DNA from: Candidatus Latescibacterota bacterium
GTDB taxonomy: Bacteria > Latescibacterota > UBA2968 > UBA8231
DNA: 64,000 bases
Assembly (NCBI GenBank): GCA_965206595.1
Contig: OZ242214.1
Location: forward strand, 4,032,001 to 4,096,000
Reading direction: 5' to 3'
Shown here: positions 20,455-29,583 of the stretch, piece after piece
How the letters are laid out: each line of letters begins with the position of its first letter
Position numbering within the stretch: the first letter of the stretch is position 1
Translations under genes and position numbers: made by a program
Notes under the pieces: model-generated
The model's database searches: none
What the model saw: only the letters and a program-made list of their open reading frames with translations
Told to the model about the DNA's origin: nothing

Positions 20455-20955
20455 TCATCCCAGGAAGGCATCGGGTTCCTGGTCAGGTTCTCTGGCCTTC
20501 AGTTTCCTGTCCTTGGTCCAGATGTGCACTCGCCCCCCTGCCCCCCGGTACCTTGTCTGCTTGAGCCTCCGGGCTTCGTCGATCAGTGTACCATCGCTCA
20601 AGTCAATGCCTTCGAGGACGTGAGTGTCGACAAAGCGTGCTACTGCCTCCCTGAGCCAGCGAGCCTCCCGCGAAAGCAAGACGGTCCATGGCATGCCTTC
20701 GTCGAGACTGGACAGGACGCTATCTCGCATCTTCCCGGCCAAAGACACCCGCTGATTGCCGTCCGCCACATCGGCGATATGGCTGGCCAACTCGTAGACG
20801 CAAGGCGCAGTGACGTACAGCCGCGCTCCGCTCCTAGCAGCATCGGAGACGCGCGTCTTTACTTCCTCAACTGCTTTCTCCGTCGAACACCCAGGAACGG
20901 CGAACAGCTCCAGCAGGTAGCTGGTATCGATCAGGTAGACCGACAGCGGGTTCAC
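20455..20955 (-). CDS. PIN-domain-like protein downstream of ABC ATPase
   Basis: YLIDTSYLLEL...E...DLSDGTLI...IWTKDRKL fits the PIN acidic pattern; TAGTG overlap with the ATPase stop. Confidence 0.7.
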   Translation of the reverse strand: MNPLSVYLIDTSYLLELFAVPGCSTEKAVEEVKTRVSDAARSGARLYVTAPCVYELASHIADVADGNQRVSLAGKMRDSVLSSLDEGMPWTVLLSREARWLREAVARFVDTHVLEGIDLSDGTLIDEARRLKQTRYRGAGGRVHIWTKDRKLKAREPDQEPDAFLG

Positions 20956-22241
20956 TACAGAGCCTCGACCCACTTCAGTACCTTGTCGCGTTGGCGTTCC
21001 TCGAACTCCGGTGCCAGGTACTGCTCGACGACACGACGCGAGACGAGATCCCCCAGCTGTCCGCGCTCAAGGAACTCATCGAACCTCGGAAGGTCGGTCA
21101 GCTCGATGAGATCCGCGGCTTCCCTGGTCTGGCTCCAAGTGCAGAGAACCACTCCCTTCATCTGCTCGTCCGTCAGGCTGTTCATGGTGGCGGGGTTGTG
21201 CGTGGTAACCAGTACCTTCAGCTTGCGTCGCTGAGTGGCATCGGCTATCGCGGCGGTCAATACCTCTACTCGACTCGGGTGGAGCCCGTTGTCGAACTCC
21301 TCCACGATGACGCGCGAGCCCTCCTGGACGGTATCCAGGGCCGTCAGGATGGCCAGGGTTCTCAGTGTTCCATCGGACAAGGCCCGGGCGTCCACGGTGA
21401 AACCTGTCCTCTCCTGAAGTCCGAAGATCACGTCCCCGAGATCGGTCGTGGTGAAGCTGAATTCTTCGTACGGCTCGTCGGGAAGCTGGCGTATTCGAGA
21501 CAGCAGCCCAGCCAGCGATGCCTGCTGTGCTTCGTCTCCTACGCTAAGGGCGTAGAGAACCGCCGACAGGTTGGCGCCATCCCGGGAGAGAACACTGTTA
21601 CCGATCCGCTCGTAACCATGCATCAATTTGGGATTCGGGTCGAAGACGAAGGAGGCCTGCAAGTGACGTATGACGATCCCCACCAGTCGATTGCAGTGCT
21701 TGAGATTGCGGTTCTTCTGTGCGATCTCCTGATACTGATATAGAACGGACCGTTCTGATGAGGCGGCGGTCTGGGGTTTCCTGCCACCGCGGGCGAAGTT
21801 GTCGTATCTCACCGTTAGATCTAGTGATGCTGATCCAGGATTCCTTGGAAGCGTTTCATAGATCACACGGTCGGCAAAGGTCAGTTCTTCAGCGGCAATC
21901 TGGGGATGCGGTTTCGTAAAGAGGCTCAGGATGTAGCAAAGCCTCTTTGGCTCTTCCTCCAGCTTCAAGCTAGCAGTGAATCCCAAAGTGAATCTATCTC
22001 CACCAGCTCGACCGCAAGCCTGAAGACCTCCCCGGATCTGAAGGCCGACGGACGGACGACCAACGTCCGCGATCTCATGGAGGGGTTGACCCCGGGCAAC
22101 GAAGGAAAGCAGCTCGATGGCCTCGATGACATTGCTCTTGCCCGAGCCGTTCGGTCCGATCAGAAGCGTGAACGGCCGGAGCAAGTCGATTTGGGTGTCC
22201 TCGAAGCCCTTGAAATCAGTAAGGTGATGCATTCTGGCCAC
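20955..22241 (-). CDS. ABC-type AAA ATPase (AAA_21-like), start uncertain
   Basis: GPNGSGKSN, LSDGTLR, VEEFDNGLHP and VTTHNP. Confidence 0.88.
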   Translation of the reverse strand: MARMHHLTDFKGFEDTQIDLLRPFTLLIGPNGSGKSNVIEAIELLSFVARGQPLHEIADVGRPSVGLQIRGGLQACGRAGGDRFTLGFTASLKLEEEPKRLCYILSLFTKPHPQIAAEELTFADRVIYETLPRNPGSASLDLTVRYDNFARGGRKPQTAASSERSVLYQYQEIAQKNRNLKHCNRLVGIVIRHLQASFVFDPNPKLMHGYERIGNSVLSRDGANLSAVLYALSVGDEAQQASLAGLLSRIRQLPDEPYEEFSFTTTDLGDVIFGLQERTGFTVDARALSDGTLRTLAILTALDTVQEGSRVIVEEFDNGLHPSRVEVLTAAIADATQRRKLKVLVTTHNPATMNSLTDEQMKGVVLCTWSQTREAADLIELTDLPRFDEFLERGQLGDLVSRRVVEQYLAPEFEERQRDKVLKWVEAL

Positions 22242-22309
22242 CTTGGAATGACTGGGTTTGTTTTCGGCTTGGCATCTTCCTTCCTACCGCCTCCATTCCC
22301 GCATCTTCT

Positions 22310-22581
22310 CCCTCTCCCGGACGAATCTCGCTTCTTCTGGCAACAGCTCGATGGCCCGGGGCCAGGCTTCCTCCACCGCCGGTGGGCTTCACGGGCCAGC
22401 AGGATCTTGCTCTGGGCAAACTCCAGAAGCGCCCGAGGATCCGGCGTACACCGAGTCCCCCGCCCGCTCGAAGTAGCTGAGCGGCGGGCTCGCGGAAGGC
22501 CGCCTGACCGGGCACCCGTTCCGACTCCACGCCGCGGCAATGGAGCAGATCGTCGAGGTTGATGGGGAGAATGGCGCTCAT
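22310..22581 (-). pseudogene. Fragment of an AlbA/Schlafen-type ATP-binding regulator gene
   Basis: MSAILPINLDDLLHCRGVESERV N-terminus, then abrupt loss of frame. Confidence 0.45.
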
Positions 22582-22598
22582 GGAGATGGATTCTCTTC

Positions 22599-24209
22599 TC
22601 ACATCCCCCACACCGTGACCGGGGCCCCGCCTTCGGTCTCGTCGCGGCGGTAGACCTTCTCTTCCCAGGACTTGCCCTCGGTGCGGTCGAAGATCACCAG
22701 GTGCCCTTCGGCCGACGCGCAGCGCTCCATGTAGCCCCGCGTCTGCTCCAGCCCTTCGCCAAGGGTCCGCTCCAGGCCCCGGTGCAGCACCTTGCACTCG
22801 ATGACCACCTTCTGCACCCCGCCCGCATCACCCGGCAGCGGCCACACCAGCAGCAGATCCGTGCGCAGGCGCCCGAGGCCGTACTCCCGCTCGATTCGCC
22901 CCCCGCTGTTGAGGATGCGCTGCAGAAACGCCTGCAGCAGCAACTGCGGCCCGGCCTCCTTGTACTGGAAACGCTCCACCCAGTGCTCGGAGTGCTCGCG
23001 GAAAAAACCCTGGAAGGCGGCCAGCAGCTTGCCCACATCCAGGGCTCCGCCCTCTCCGACGTACCAGGCCGGGTCGTGGGGGATCGACATCTCCTGGGTG
23101 GTCCAGGTCAGGTCGCGCGGGATCACCTCGCGGTAGATCGGGTTGGCGATGCGGACCGGGCTGTCCCGGGCCACCAAGCCGAGGTCGCGGACGTACTGCA
23201 GGTCGTCGGCGGCGATGGGCCCGGCGTCATCGGCGCCTCTCAGCAGCGGCTCGATCACCCTGCGCACCCGCTCCTCCTGGAGCTTGTCGGTGAGCTGGTC
23301 CAGATGCGTCTCCCGGAGCAGGATCAGTTGCTCGCGCGCATCCTGGATGGCCTCGGCGGTCACCTCCCGGCTTCGGTCGCGGCCAGCCTTGTTCCTGAAG
23401 CAGACTTCGTAGGCCAGGGCGTTGACCAGCCACGGCTGCCCTTGGGTCAGCTCCCAGATCGTGGCCCGCGCCTCCTCGCTGAAGGCCTGGCCGGTCTCCT
23501 CTGTGTGCTGCGCAAGCAGGGACTCAACCTCGTCGCGCGAGAAATCCTCGAGCCGCAAGGACTCGGCGATGATGTTGAAGGGGCTGCCGCCGGCGATGAT
23601 GGCGCCCTCGGACGACGAGCGGATGCGGTAGTCGCGCACCTCGCGCACCCCGCACAGGATGACGCTCTGGGGAAAACTCCGAGGGCGCTCCGGGTAGCCG
23701 GCTCGCAACTGCCGCAGCACCGCCAGCAGGCTGTCCCCGATCAGCGCGTCGATCTCGTCGAGCAGCAGCACCAGCGGCCGGGGGTCCGACTCGGCCCAGC
23801 GGGACAGGATCCCGTGTAGAGCAGCGGACGGGCCGGAGCCCTCGAAGATGCCTAGCCAGGCGTCAGCGACAAAAAGGTCGTCGAGGGTCTGGCGCGCCGC
23901 GCGGGCGAGGGCACTGAGGATCGCCCGCATCGCCGCTTCCAAGTCTTCCCGCGCCGCCTGGCCCGCCTCGACGTTCACGTAGACGCAGCGGTACTCCCCC
24001 GCGGCGCCGCTGTTGAGCAGATCTCTCAGAGCCAGCAGGGCCGAGGTCTTGCCGGTCTGCCGGGGCGCGTGCACCACGAAGTACTTCTGCTGCCGGATCA
24101 GCATCAGCACCTCGTCGCGGTCCAGCCGCTCCAACGGCGGCACGTGATAGTGATCCGCCGCCACGATCGGGCCCGCCGTGTTGAAGAACCGCCTGGCTGT
24201 CGTCGTCAC
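22599..24209 (-). CDS. P-loop ATPase with C-terminal PD-(D/E)XK-like region
   Basis: FFNTAGP, HAPRQTGKTS and LLLDEID; C-terminal REY.LGR.RTDL...VIECK...Q...Y. Confidence 0.8.
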   Translation of the reverse strand: MTTTARRFFNTAGPIVAADHYHVPPLERLDRDEVLMLIRQQKYFVVHAPRQTGKTSALLALRDLLNSGAAGEYRCVYVNVEAGQAAREDLEAAMRAILSALARAARQTLDDLFVADAWLGIFEGSGPSAALHGILSRWAESDPRPLVLLLDEIDALIGDSLLAVLRQLRAGYPERPRSFPQSVILCGVREVRDYRIRSSSEGAIIAGGSPFNIIAESLRLEDFSRDEVESLLAQHTEETGQAFSEEARATIWELTQGQPWLVNALAYEVCFRNKAGRDRSREVTAEAIQDAREQLILLRETHLDQLTDKLQEERVRRVIEPLLRGADDAGPIAADDLQYVRDLGLVARDSPVRIANPIYREVIPRDLTWTTQEMSIPHDPAWYVGEGGALDVGKLLAAFQGFFREHSEHWVERFQYKEAGPQLLLQAFLQRILNSGGRIEREYGLGRLRTDLLLVWPLPGDAGGVQKVVIECKVLHRGLERTLGEGLEQTRGYMERCASAEGHLVIFDRTEGKSWEEKVYRRDETEGGAPVTVWGM

Positions 24210-24299
24210 TGGTCCCGCTCCCTCGCTGGGCGCCTTGCCTCTCGACATGCGGATGAATAATCGCCCATGTCCCCGGGCTTTCCCAATTCGCGGCCGGCC

Positions 24300-27200
24300 C
24301 TACTCCGACGCCTCCATCACCGACCCCGCCGCGATGGTGAAGGTGCGCGACTCCCGGTCCCCCACCACCAGCTTGGCGAAAGGGTTCTGCACCCGCATTA
24401 GACACGGACGGGGCGTGGCGCAGTCGAAGACGACGTAGAGCCAGTACCGTTCTCCAAGGTTGCAAGCCTTGATCCATTCGTTCTCGCTCATCTCCACGCC
24501 TTCGGTGCCAGCCCTTCCCTTGACTTCTATGGCTCGCGGTTCCATTCCCTCTCGGCGGGACAGGAGGTCGAAGCCCGGCCAGTCAGGCAGTCCGGCCCTC
24601 CTCGCCATCGCCGGCTTGCAGACATCCTGCACCTGGGCGCCCCGTTCCTCCTCGTAGGCGGTGGCTACCTCCATGGCGATGGCCTCGACATCGGCGTCGT
24701 AGCGCTCCGCCTCCCCGGCGTCCTGGGCCGGCACCACCAGGGCATGCACCAGGAATTCGGCTTCCCCCGCCCGGATGAGGTCCGGCTCCGACCGCATCTC
24801 GGCGAGCCGGTGGGCACGCACGGCGTTCAGGCTCCGCTGCCGTTCCCTGACCTTGGCCAACTCCTCGGCCGCCTGGCGGTCCCCGGCCCCCGCCTTCTCT
24901 CTGAGGCTGGACCGGGCGGCGGCCAGCTCGGCGGCCTGGTAGTCGAAGCCGCGGTTGACGAACTCCAGGCGCCTGGGCAGATCGTCCAGGCGGCGTTGGC
25001 GGTTCGCCTGCACGATCTGCTCGCTCACTTCCTCGTCAAGGAAATCTGCGGTCTCTCCGGCCATGCCGCGCGCCAGGGTGGCCAGGGGTACCCCGCCCGG
25101 GGCGATGCCGCCGGCTCCGCGCAGCAGAAGCAGGTGTTCGACGGGGCACTCCTTCACTGCGCCATCACTGGTCTGGCGCAGCCCGACGAGGCGCGACTCG
25201 ACCAATTGGGGTTCCCCTTCAGCCTGGCCGCGGGCGTCCAAGGGAGGTTGCTGCTGGACACTGACCCGCGCGATGTGAAACAGGTAAGCCTCAGTCGCAT
25301 AGGGGTCGCTGAACAATGCTCCACGCAGCCCTTCGGCTCCGAGACGCTCCCGCACCGCGGCCGAGAGGGTGTCGAAGACCGGCTCGCCGGGGTGCAGCCA
25401 GATCGCCTCTTCGCGGCTCTCGGGTTTGTACACGGTCAGCCGCTCCCTCGCCTCCTCCGGATAGGCTTCGAGGGCGGGCAACAGAGGGTCGGCCGCGCGG
25501 GGCCGGTCCGGCATCAGGCCGAAAGCGCCGCCCGGATCCCCTTCGAGGCGCAGGTCGAGGAGCGGCGCCGATCTCTCGACAAAACGGCGCACGTACCCGG
25601 GCAGCAGCCGGCGGTAGTTCTCCTGTTCCATCTCCTCGTTGAGATCGTCCAGCCGGCCGCGCACCTCGCCGCCGTCCCCGTAGAGGGAGCGCTCTCTTGC
25701 CGCAAGGGCCCGGACCTGCTCTTCCGTGAGGTGGCCTTCCATCTGACTGGCTGCGGCCTCGCCGCCGTCCTCACCGGTCACCGCTTGCTCCAGGTACGCC
25801 CGGACGGACAGCCCCTCGAAGAGACGGCCCACCACGTCGAAGACCTTGTCCGAGCTGAGCTGTTGGCGGATCGCTTCCAGCTTGTCGAGCAGCGTCTTGA
25901 GCACCCTACCCTCGCGCGTGCCGGCGGAGACGAGGTTGACGATGACTACCGGATCGTGCTTCTGGCCGTAGCGGTGGATGCGCCCCATCCGCTGCTCGAG
26001 GCGGGCCGGGTTCCAGGGGATGTCGTAGTTCACCATGAGCCAGCAGAACTGCAGGTTGATCCCCTCGCCGGCGGCGTCGGTGGCCACCAGGTAGGTGGCC
26101 CCGCCCTGGTCGGCCGGCCGGCGGAACAACTCGACCTGGCGTTCCCGCTCCGGGTAGGCCAGGCCGCCGTGGATCAGGGCGACGCGGCCGGTGTAGCCGA
26201 GGCCTTCGAGGCGGCGCACCAGGAATGCCGCCGTGTCCCGGTGCTCGGTGAAAATGATGAGCTTCTCGTCGCGGTAGTGCGGCGCCCCAAGCACCTCCCG
26301 CAGCTTCTCGAACTTGGACTCCTCGCCGGCGTCAAAGAGCTTCTGGGCCTTGTCGAGCAACCCGGCGACCTTGACACGCTCCGCCTCCAGCTCCGCGAGG
26401 GTGACCGCCACCGTGCCCTCGAGGGCCTGGCTCTCGAACTCCTCGTGCTGCTCCCCTTCGTCGCTGGCCGCCTCCTCGTCAGCGGTGCTCGTTTCGAAGA
26501 GGTCGTCGAGCCGGCCGAGGCGTTGCTGCCGCCTCGCGAGCTGCTCCTCGGTGAGGCGGCCGCTGCGGATGTCGTCGATCAGACCCTCCAGCTTCTCGAG
26601 GCGGCGCTCGAAGGAGCGCAGAAGGGCATAGGTGGAGCTGGCCAGGCGGCGCTGAAAGACGCTCATGGCCAGCCGGGCGGCGGAACGGTTCAGCGCCTTT
26701 GCCCAGTTGTAGTGATAGCGCATGTACTCGGTGGTCTCGTCGTACAGCTCCTGCTCACCGTCCGGTCCCTGGGACAGCTCGTAGCTGAGGGTGTCGCAGT
26801 TGCGCTGCGGGTAGAGCGGCCGATGGTCGAAGTGGACCATCTCCTCCTTGGTGCGGCGGATGAAGTGCCGCTGCCGGGAGTCGGGCGGGAACTCCTCGAA
26901 GGCGTCGAAGGTGGAAAGGGCATCCGGCAGCAGCAGGCGCCACAGGTAGTAGTAGGGGTGGTCCTTGCCCATGTGCGGGGTGGCCGTCAGCAGCAGCAGG
27001 TGCTGCGCGGACCAAGGGAGCTCCCACCGATCCTTGTCGTCGGACTCGGCGCCGGCCAGGGCCTCGGCCAGCCTGTAGCGGCCCGTCTTGCGCACCCGGA
27101 AGTCCGGCTGACGGTCCGCTGACAGCTTGTGAGCCTCGTCGAAGACCACGAGGTCGTAGGGGTCGGTCTGCGGGTCCTTGAGGTGGCCGAACATGCGCTC

Positions 27201-27884
27201 CCCCGCCAGGGTGTCGACGCTGACGATGACGAGGTCGCTCTCCGGGCCGAGGAAGGGGTTGCCGGCGCGCGCCTCGGTGCCGCCGACGATGCGGAAGGGC
27301 AGACGGAAGAGGGTGCGCATCTCCCGCTCCCAGTTTCCCACCAGGCCGGCAGGGGGCACGACGAGCACGCGCCGCAGGAGCCGGCGGGACAGCATCTCGC
27401 GCACGTACAGACCGGTCATGATGGTCTTGCCGGCGCCGGCGTCGTCGGCCAGCAGGAATCGTAGCGGGGACTGCTGGAGCATCCGCTGGTACACGGCGAT
27501 GCGCTGATGCGGGAGCGGGTCGATCAGCGATGTCTCGGTGGCGAAGGCGGGATTGAAGAGGTGGCCGCTGGCGAGGCGATGCGCCTCGGCGACGGCCGAG
27601 ACCGCCTCCGGATCGGCGGAGAAGTCCATGCTCGGGGGCCCGGTTGGACCTTCATCGGCCGAGGGCTGATCCGCCCCTTCTGCCGGCAGGTTCTCCAGCT
27701 CGACGACGCGCCGCCAGGCCAGGTTGTTGGGGCGGGACTGTCCGTTCTCCCAGCGGTTGACGGAGGCAAAGGAGACGCCGACGAGCTCCGCGAACTGCGC
27801 CTGCGTCAGACCCCGGAGGCCCCGGATGCTCTTGATCCGGCGGGGGTAATCTCCGGGAATTCCGTCCGTTAGAGCTGGTGACAT
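24300..27884 (-). CDS. XRE-HTH/SNF2-family helicase/DUF3883-like nuclease fusion (BREX-related system)
   Basis: LTQAQFAELVGVSFASVNRWENG HTH; LADDAGAGKT, FDEAH, LTATPH, ATDAAGEGINLQ, WNP.RLEQRMGRIHRYGQ; C-terminal GFDLLS...IEVKG...SENEW. Confidence 0.92.
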   Translation of the reverse strand: MSPALTDGIPGDYPRRIKSIRGLRGLTQAQFAELVGVSFASVNRWENGQSRPNNLAWRRVVELENLPAEGADQPSADEGPTGPPSMDFSADPEAVSAVAEAHRLASGHLFNPAFATETSLIDPLPHQRIAVYQRMLQQSPLRFLLADDAGAGKTIMTGLYVREMLSRRLLRRVLVVPPAGLVGNWEREMRTLFRLPFRIVGGTEARAGNPFLGPESDLVIVSVDTLAGERMFGHLKDPQTDPYDLVVFDEAHKLSADRQPDFRVRKTGRYRLAEALAGAESDDKDRWELPWSAQHLLLLTATPHMGKDHPYYYLWRLLLPDALSTFDAFEEFPPDSRQRHFIRRTKEEMVHFDHRPLYPQRNCDTLSYELSQGPDGEQELYDETTEYMRYHYNWAKALNRSAARLAMSVFQRRLASSTYALLRSFERRLEKLEGLIDDIRSGRLTEEQLARRQQRLGRLDDLFETSTADEEAASDEGEQHEEFESQALEGTVAVTLAELEAERVKVAGLLDKAQKLFDAGEESKFEKLREVLGAPHYRDEKLIIFTEHRDTAAFLVRRLEGLGYTGRVALIHGGLAYPERERQVELFRRPADQGGATYLVATDAAGEGINLQFCWLMVNYDIPWNPARLEQRMGRIHRYGQKHDPVVIVNLVSAGTREGRVLKTLLDKLEAIRQQLSSDKVFDVVGRLFEGLSVRAYLEQAVTGEDGGEAAASQMEGHLTEEQVRALAARERSLYGDGGEVRGRLDDLNEEMEQENYRRLLPGYVRRFVERSAPLLDLRLEGDPGGAFGLMPDRPRAADPLLPALEAYPEEARERLTVYKPESREEAIWLHPGEPVFDTLSAAVRERLGAEGLRGALFSDPYATEAYLFHIARVSVQQQPPLDARGQAEGEPQLVESRLVGLRQTSDGAVKECPVEHLLLLRGAGGIAPGGVPLATLARGMAGETADFLDEEVSEQIVQANRQRRLDDLPRRLEFVNRGFDYQAAELAAARSSLREKAGAGDRQAAEELAKVRERQRSLNAVRAHRLAEMRSEPDLIRAGEAEFLVHALVVPAQDAGEAERYDADVEAIAMEVATAYEEERGAQVQDVCKPAMARRAGLPDWPGFDLLSRREGMEPRAIEVKGRAGTEGVEMSENEWIKACNLGERYWLYVVFDCATPRPCLMRVQNPFAKLVVGDRESRTFTIAAGSVMEASE

Positions 27885-27924
27885 TCTGCCTTCTATCCTT
27901 CTGCGGTAGATTCGGTTACGCCAG

Positions 27925-27976
27925 ATTGTACCCAATGGTCCCGTGATTTGTCAAATCGCTTATAGCATGTGCTATA
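27925..27976 (-). promoter_or_regulatory. Sigma70-like promoter with two palindromic operator candidates
   Basis: Minus strand TTGACA (27949-27954), 18-nt spacer, TACAAT (27925-27930). Palindromes GATTTG-T-CAAATC (27945-27957) and TATAGCA-TG-TGCTATA (27961-27976). Confidence 0.65.
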
Positions 27977-28027
27977 TTTCGCGCCTTCCGATTTTTAGGT
28001 AGAGACAGTCCTTGGCAGCCACGTAAC

Positions 28028-28087
28028 CCTTACACACCTTCTCAGCGAACGGTATGGTACCGAAATAGGTGCAGTATTTTTCCTAAT
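28028..28087 (+). mobile_element. Terminal fragment of the ISCR-like repeat
   Basis: ttctcagcgaacggtatggtaccgaaataggtgc...tttttcctaat matches the ends of the 39.4 and 52.6 kb copies. Confidence 0.6.
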
Positions 28088-28353
28088 CGCGAGGTCGCCC
28101 GGTGACCCCGCACGATGTTTTAGAGGAATCTCGCGGGCAAGATGGGTGATAAGCAGTCGATGCGACATGAGTGCGCTTCTCAGGAAAGGCTTCGAGTGGC
28201 GGCCGGCAGAAGCGGCCAGGTCGGTGTCGGAGCGGCTGATCTCCGGCCCCTCGGGCGAGCGGTGAAATGGGGAGATGGAGGCATGAGCGGGCGTAGAGTT
28301 GGAGAGCTGGGTAGGTCGCGTTGCAGGGTCGCCGGTTGAGCGTTGGTGAGCGC

Positions 28354-29470
28354 ATGAAGTCGGAGGAATTCGAAGCCGGAGTCTGGATCGAGCGGCTCGC
28401 GCGAGCGCTTCCCGGGTTGTCAAAGACTCAGGGGCCGTTCCTGAAGGAATATTGGCAGCAAAATCCGCGCGTGAATGTCGTGGTCGACGGGCGGGACGAG
28501 ACGCCGTTTCCATTAGACGATCTGCGAATGCTCTATGCCCAGGCCGCTCACGGCTTCGGCGAGCATGCGTACTACGCGCCGCTGCGGGCGGGGATGGACC
28601 CGGTTCGCACCCTCCTGCGATCGCATCCCACGCTGTGGGGCGCCGTGGGTCCCCGCATCGACAACGACGATTTTTGGGTGCAGATCCATGGTCATGGCAG
28701 CCTGACGTCGCTCACGGACCTGATCGGGGGGCTGATGGCGCGCGCGGACGAACTGCCGGGGGACGGTTTCCACGAAGCCGCAGGAGAGTTACACGCCTTG
28801 CTCCACTCTGCCAGTGGCGGTAACTCCTCGGCTGAGCCGGGCGGTCTCGACATCGGATACGATGTGGTGCTGTTCCATGGCCTGTGCCTGGAAGAGGAAA
28901 TCGACATAGGAGGCGGGCTCACGATGCTGCCGTTCGAGCGGGCGCGGGCCTTCGTGGACGAAGAGGTGCTGAAGGACATGGCGCCGGACGTCGTCAGGTT
29001 TCGGGATTGGCGGCTGGTCGGGGCGGTGGTGAGGCCGTTCCAGTGGAGGCCGGTGTTCCGCCGGAGGGGCGACCTGACGGAGACGGATGCGGAACCGCCC
29101 GGACCGTTCGGGCCGGATGCGCTGGAGTTTCTGGAATTGCTGGCTGTGTCGCACCGAGTGCCGATCGTGTGTTTGGCGGTGGTTCGGGAGTGTCTGAGCC
29201 GGTCCGCTTGCCGGCTGCTCGGACAGGCGCACAATCACGGAGGGGTGCAATGGGGCCGTCCGGTCCATCGGTTCCATCCCTTTGCAAAACCCCCCGGGCC
29301 TCGGTCAGAGGTGGTCGCGGAAGCGAAAACGGCGTATGGCGAACGGAAGAGCCAGCGTTACGGGAAGCTGGCGCCGGTTGTGGCGCGGCTCGCCGAAGCG
29401 CTTGCGAGGGACGGACGGTTTTCGGCGGAAGACAAGATCCTGGACGTCGCCATCGCACTGGCCAGGCACT
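28354..29470 (+). pseudogene. Truncated hypothetical protein (possibly Apea/HEPN-type), C-terminus lost
   Basis: ATG 28354 gives a coherent protein to EDKILDVAIAL, then the frame turns into low-complexity Arg/Ser text. Confidence 0.45.
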
Positions 29471-29583
29471 CGGGAGCCGGGACCATTGGATCGAGCTCGT
29501 GGACCGCGAACAGCGAGAGGTCACGGCCGAAGACTTGGAACGCTGGGAGCATGAGGCGCCGCAGGCGTTCGAGTGGGGGTGAC

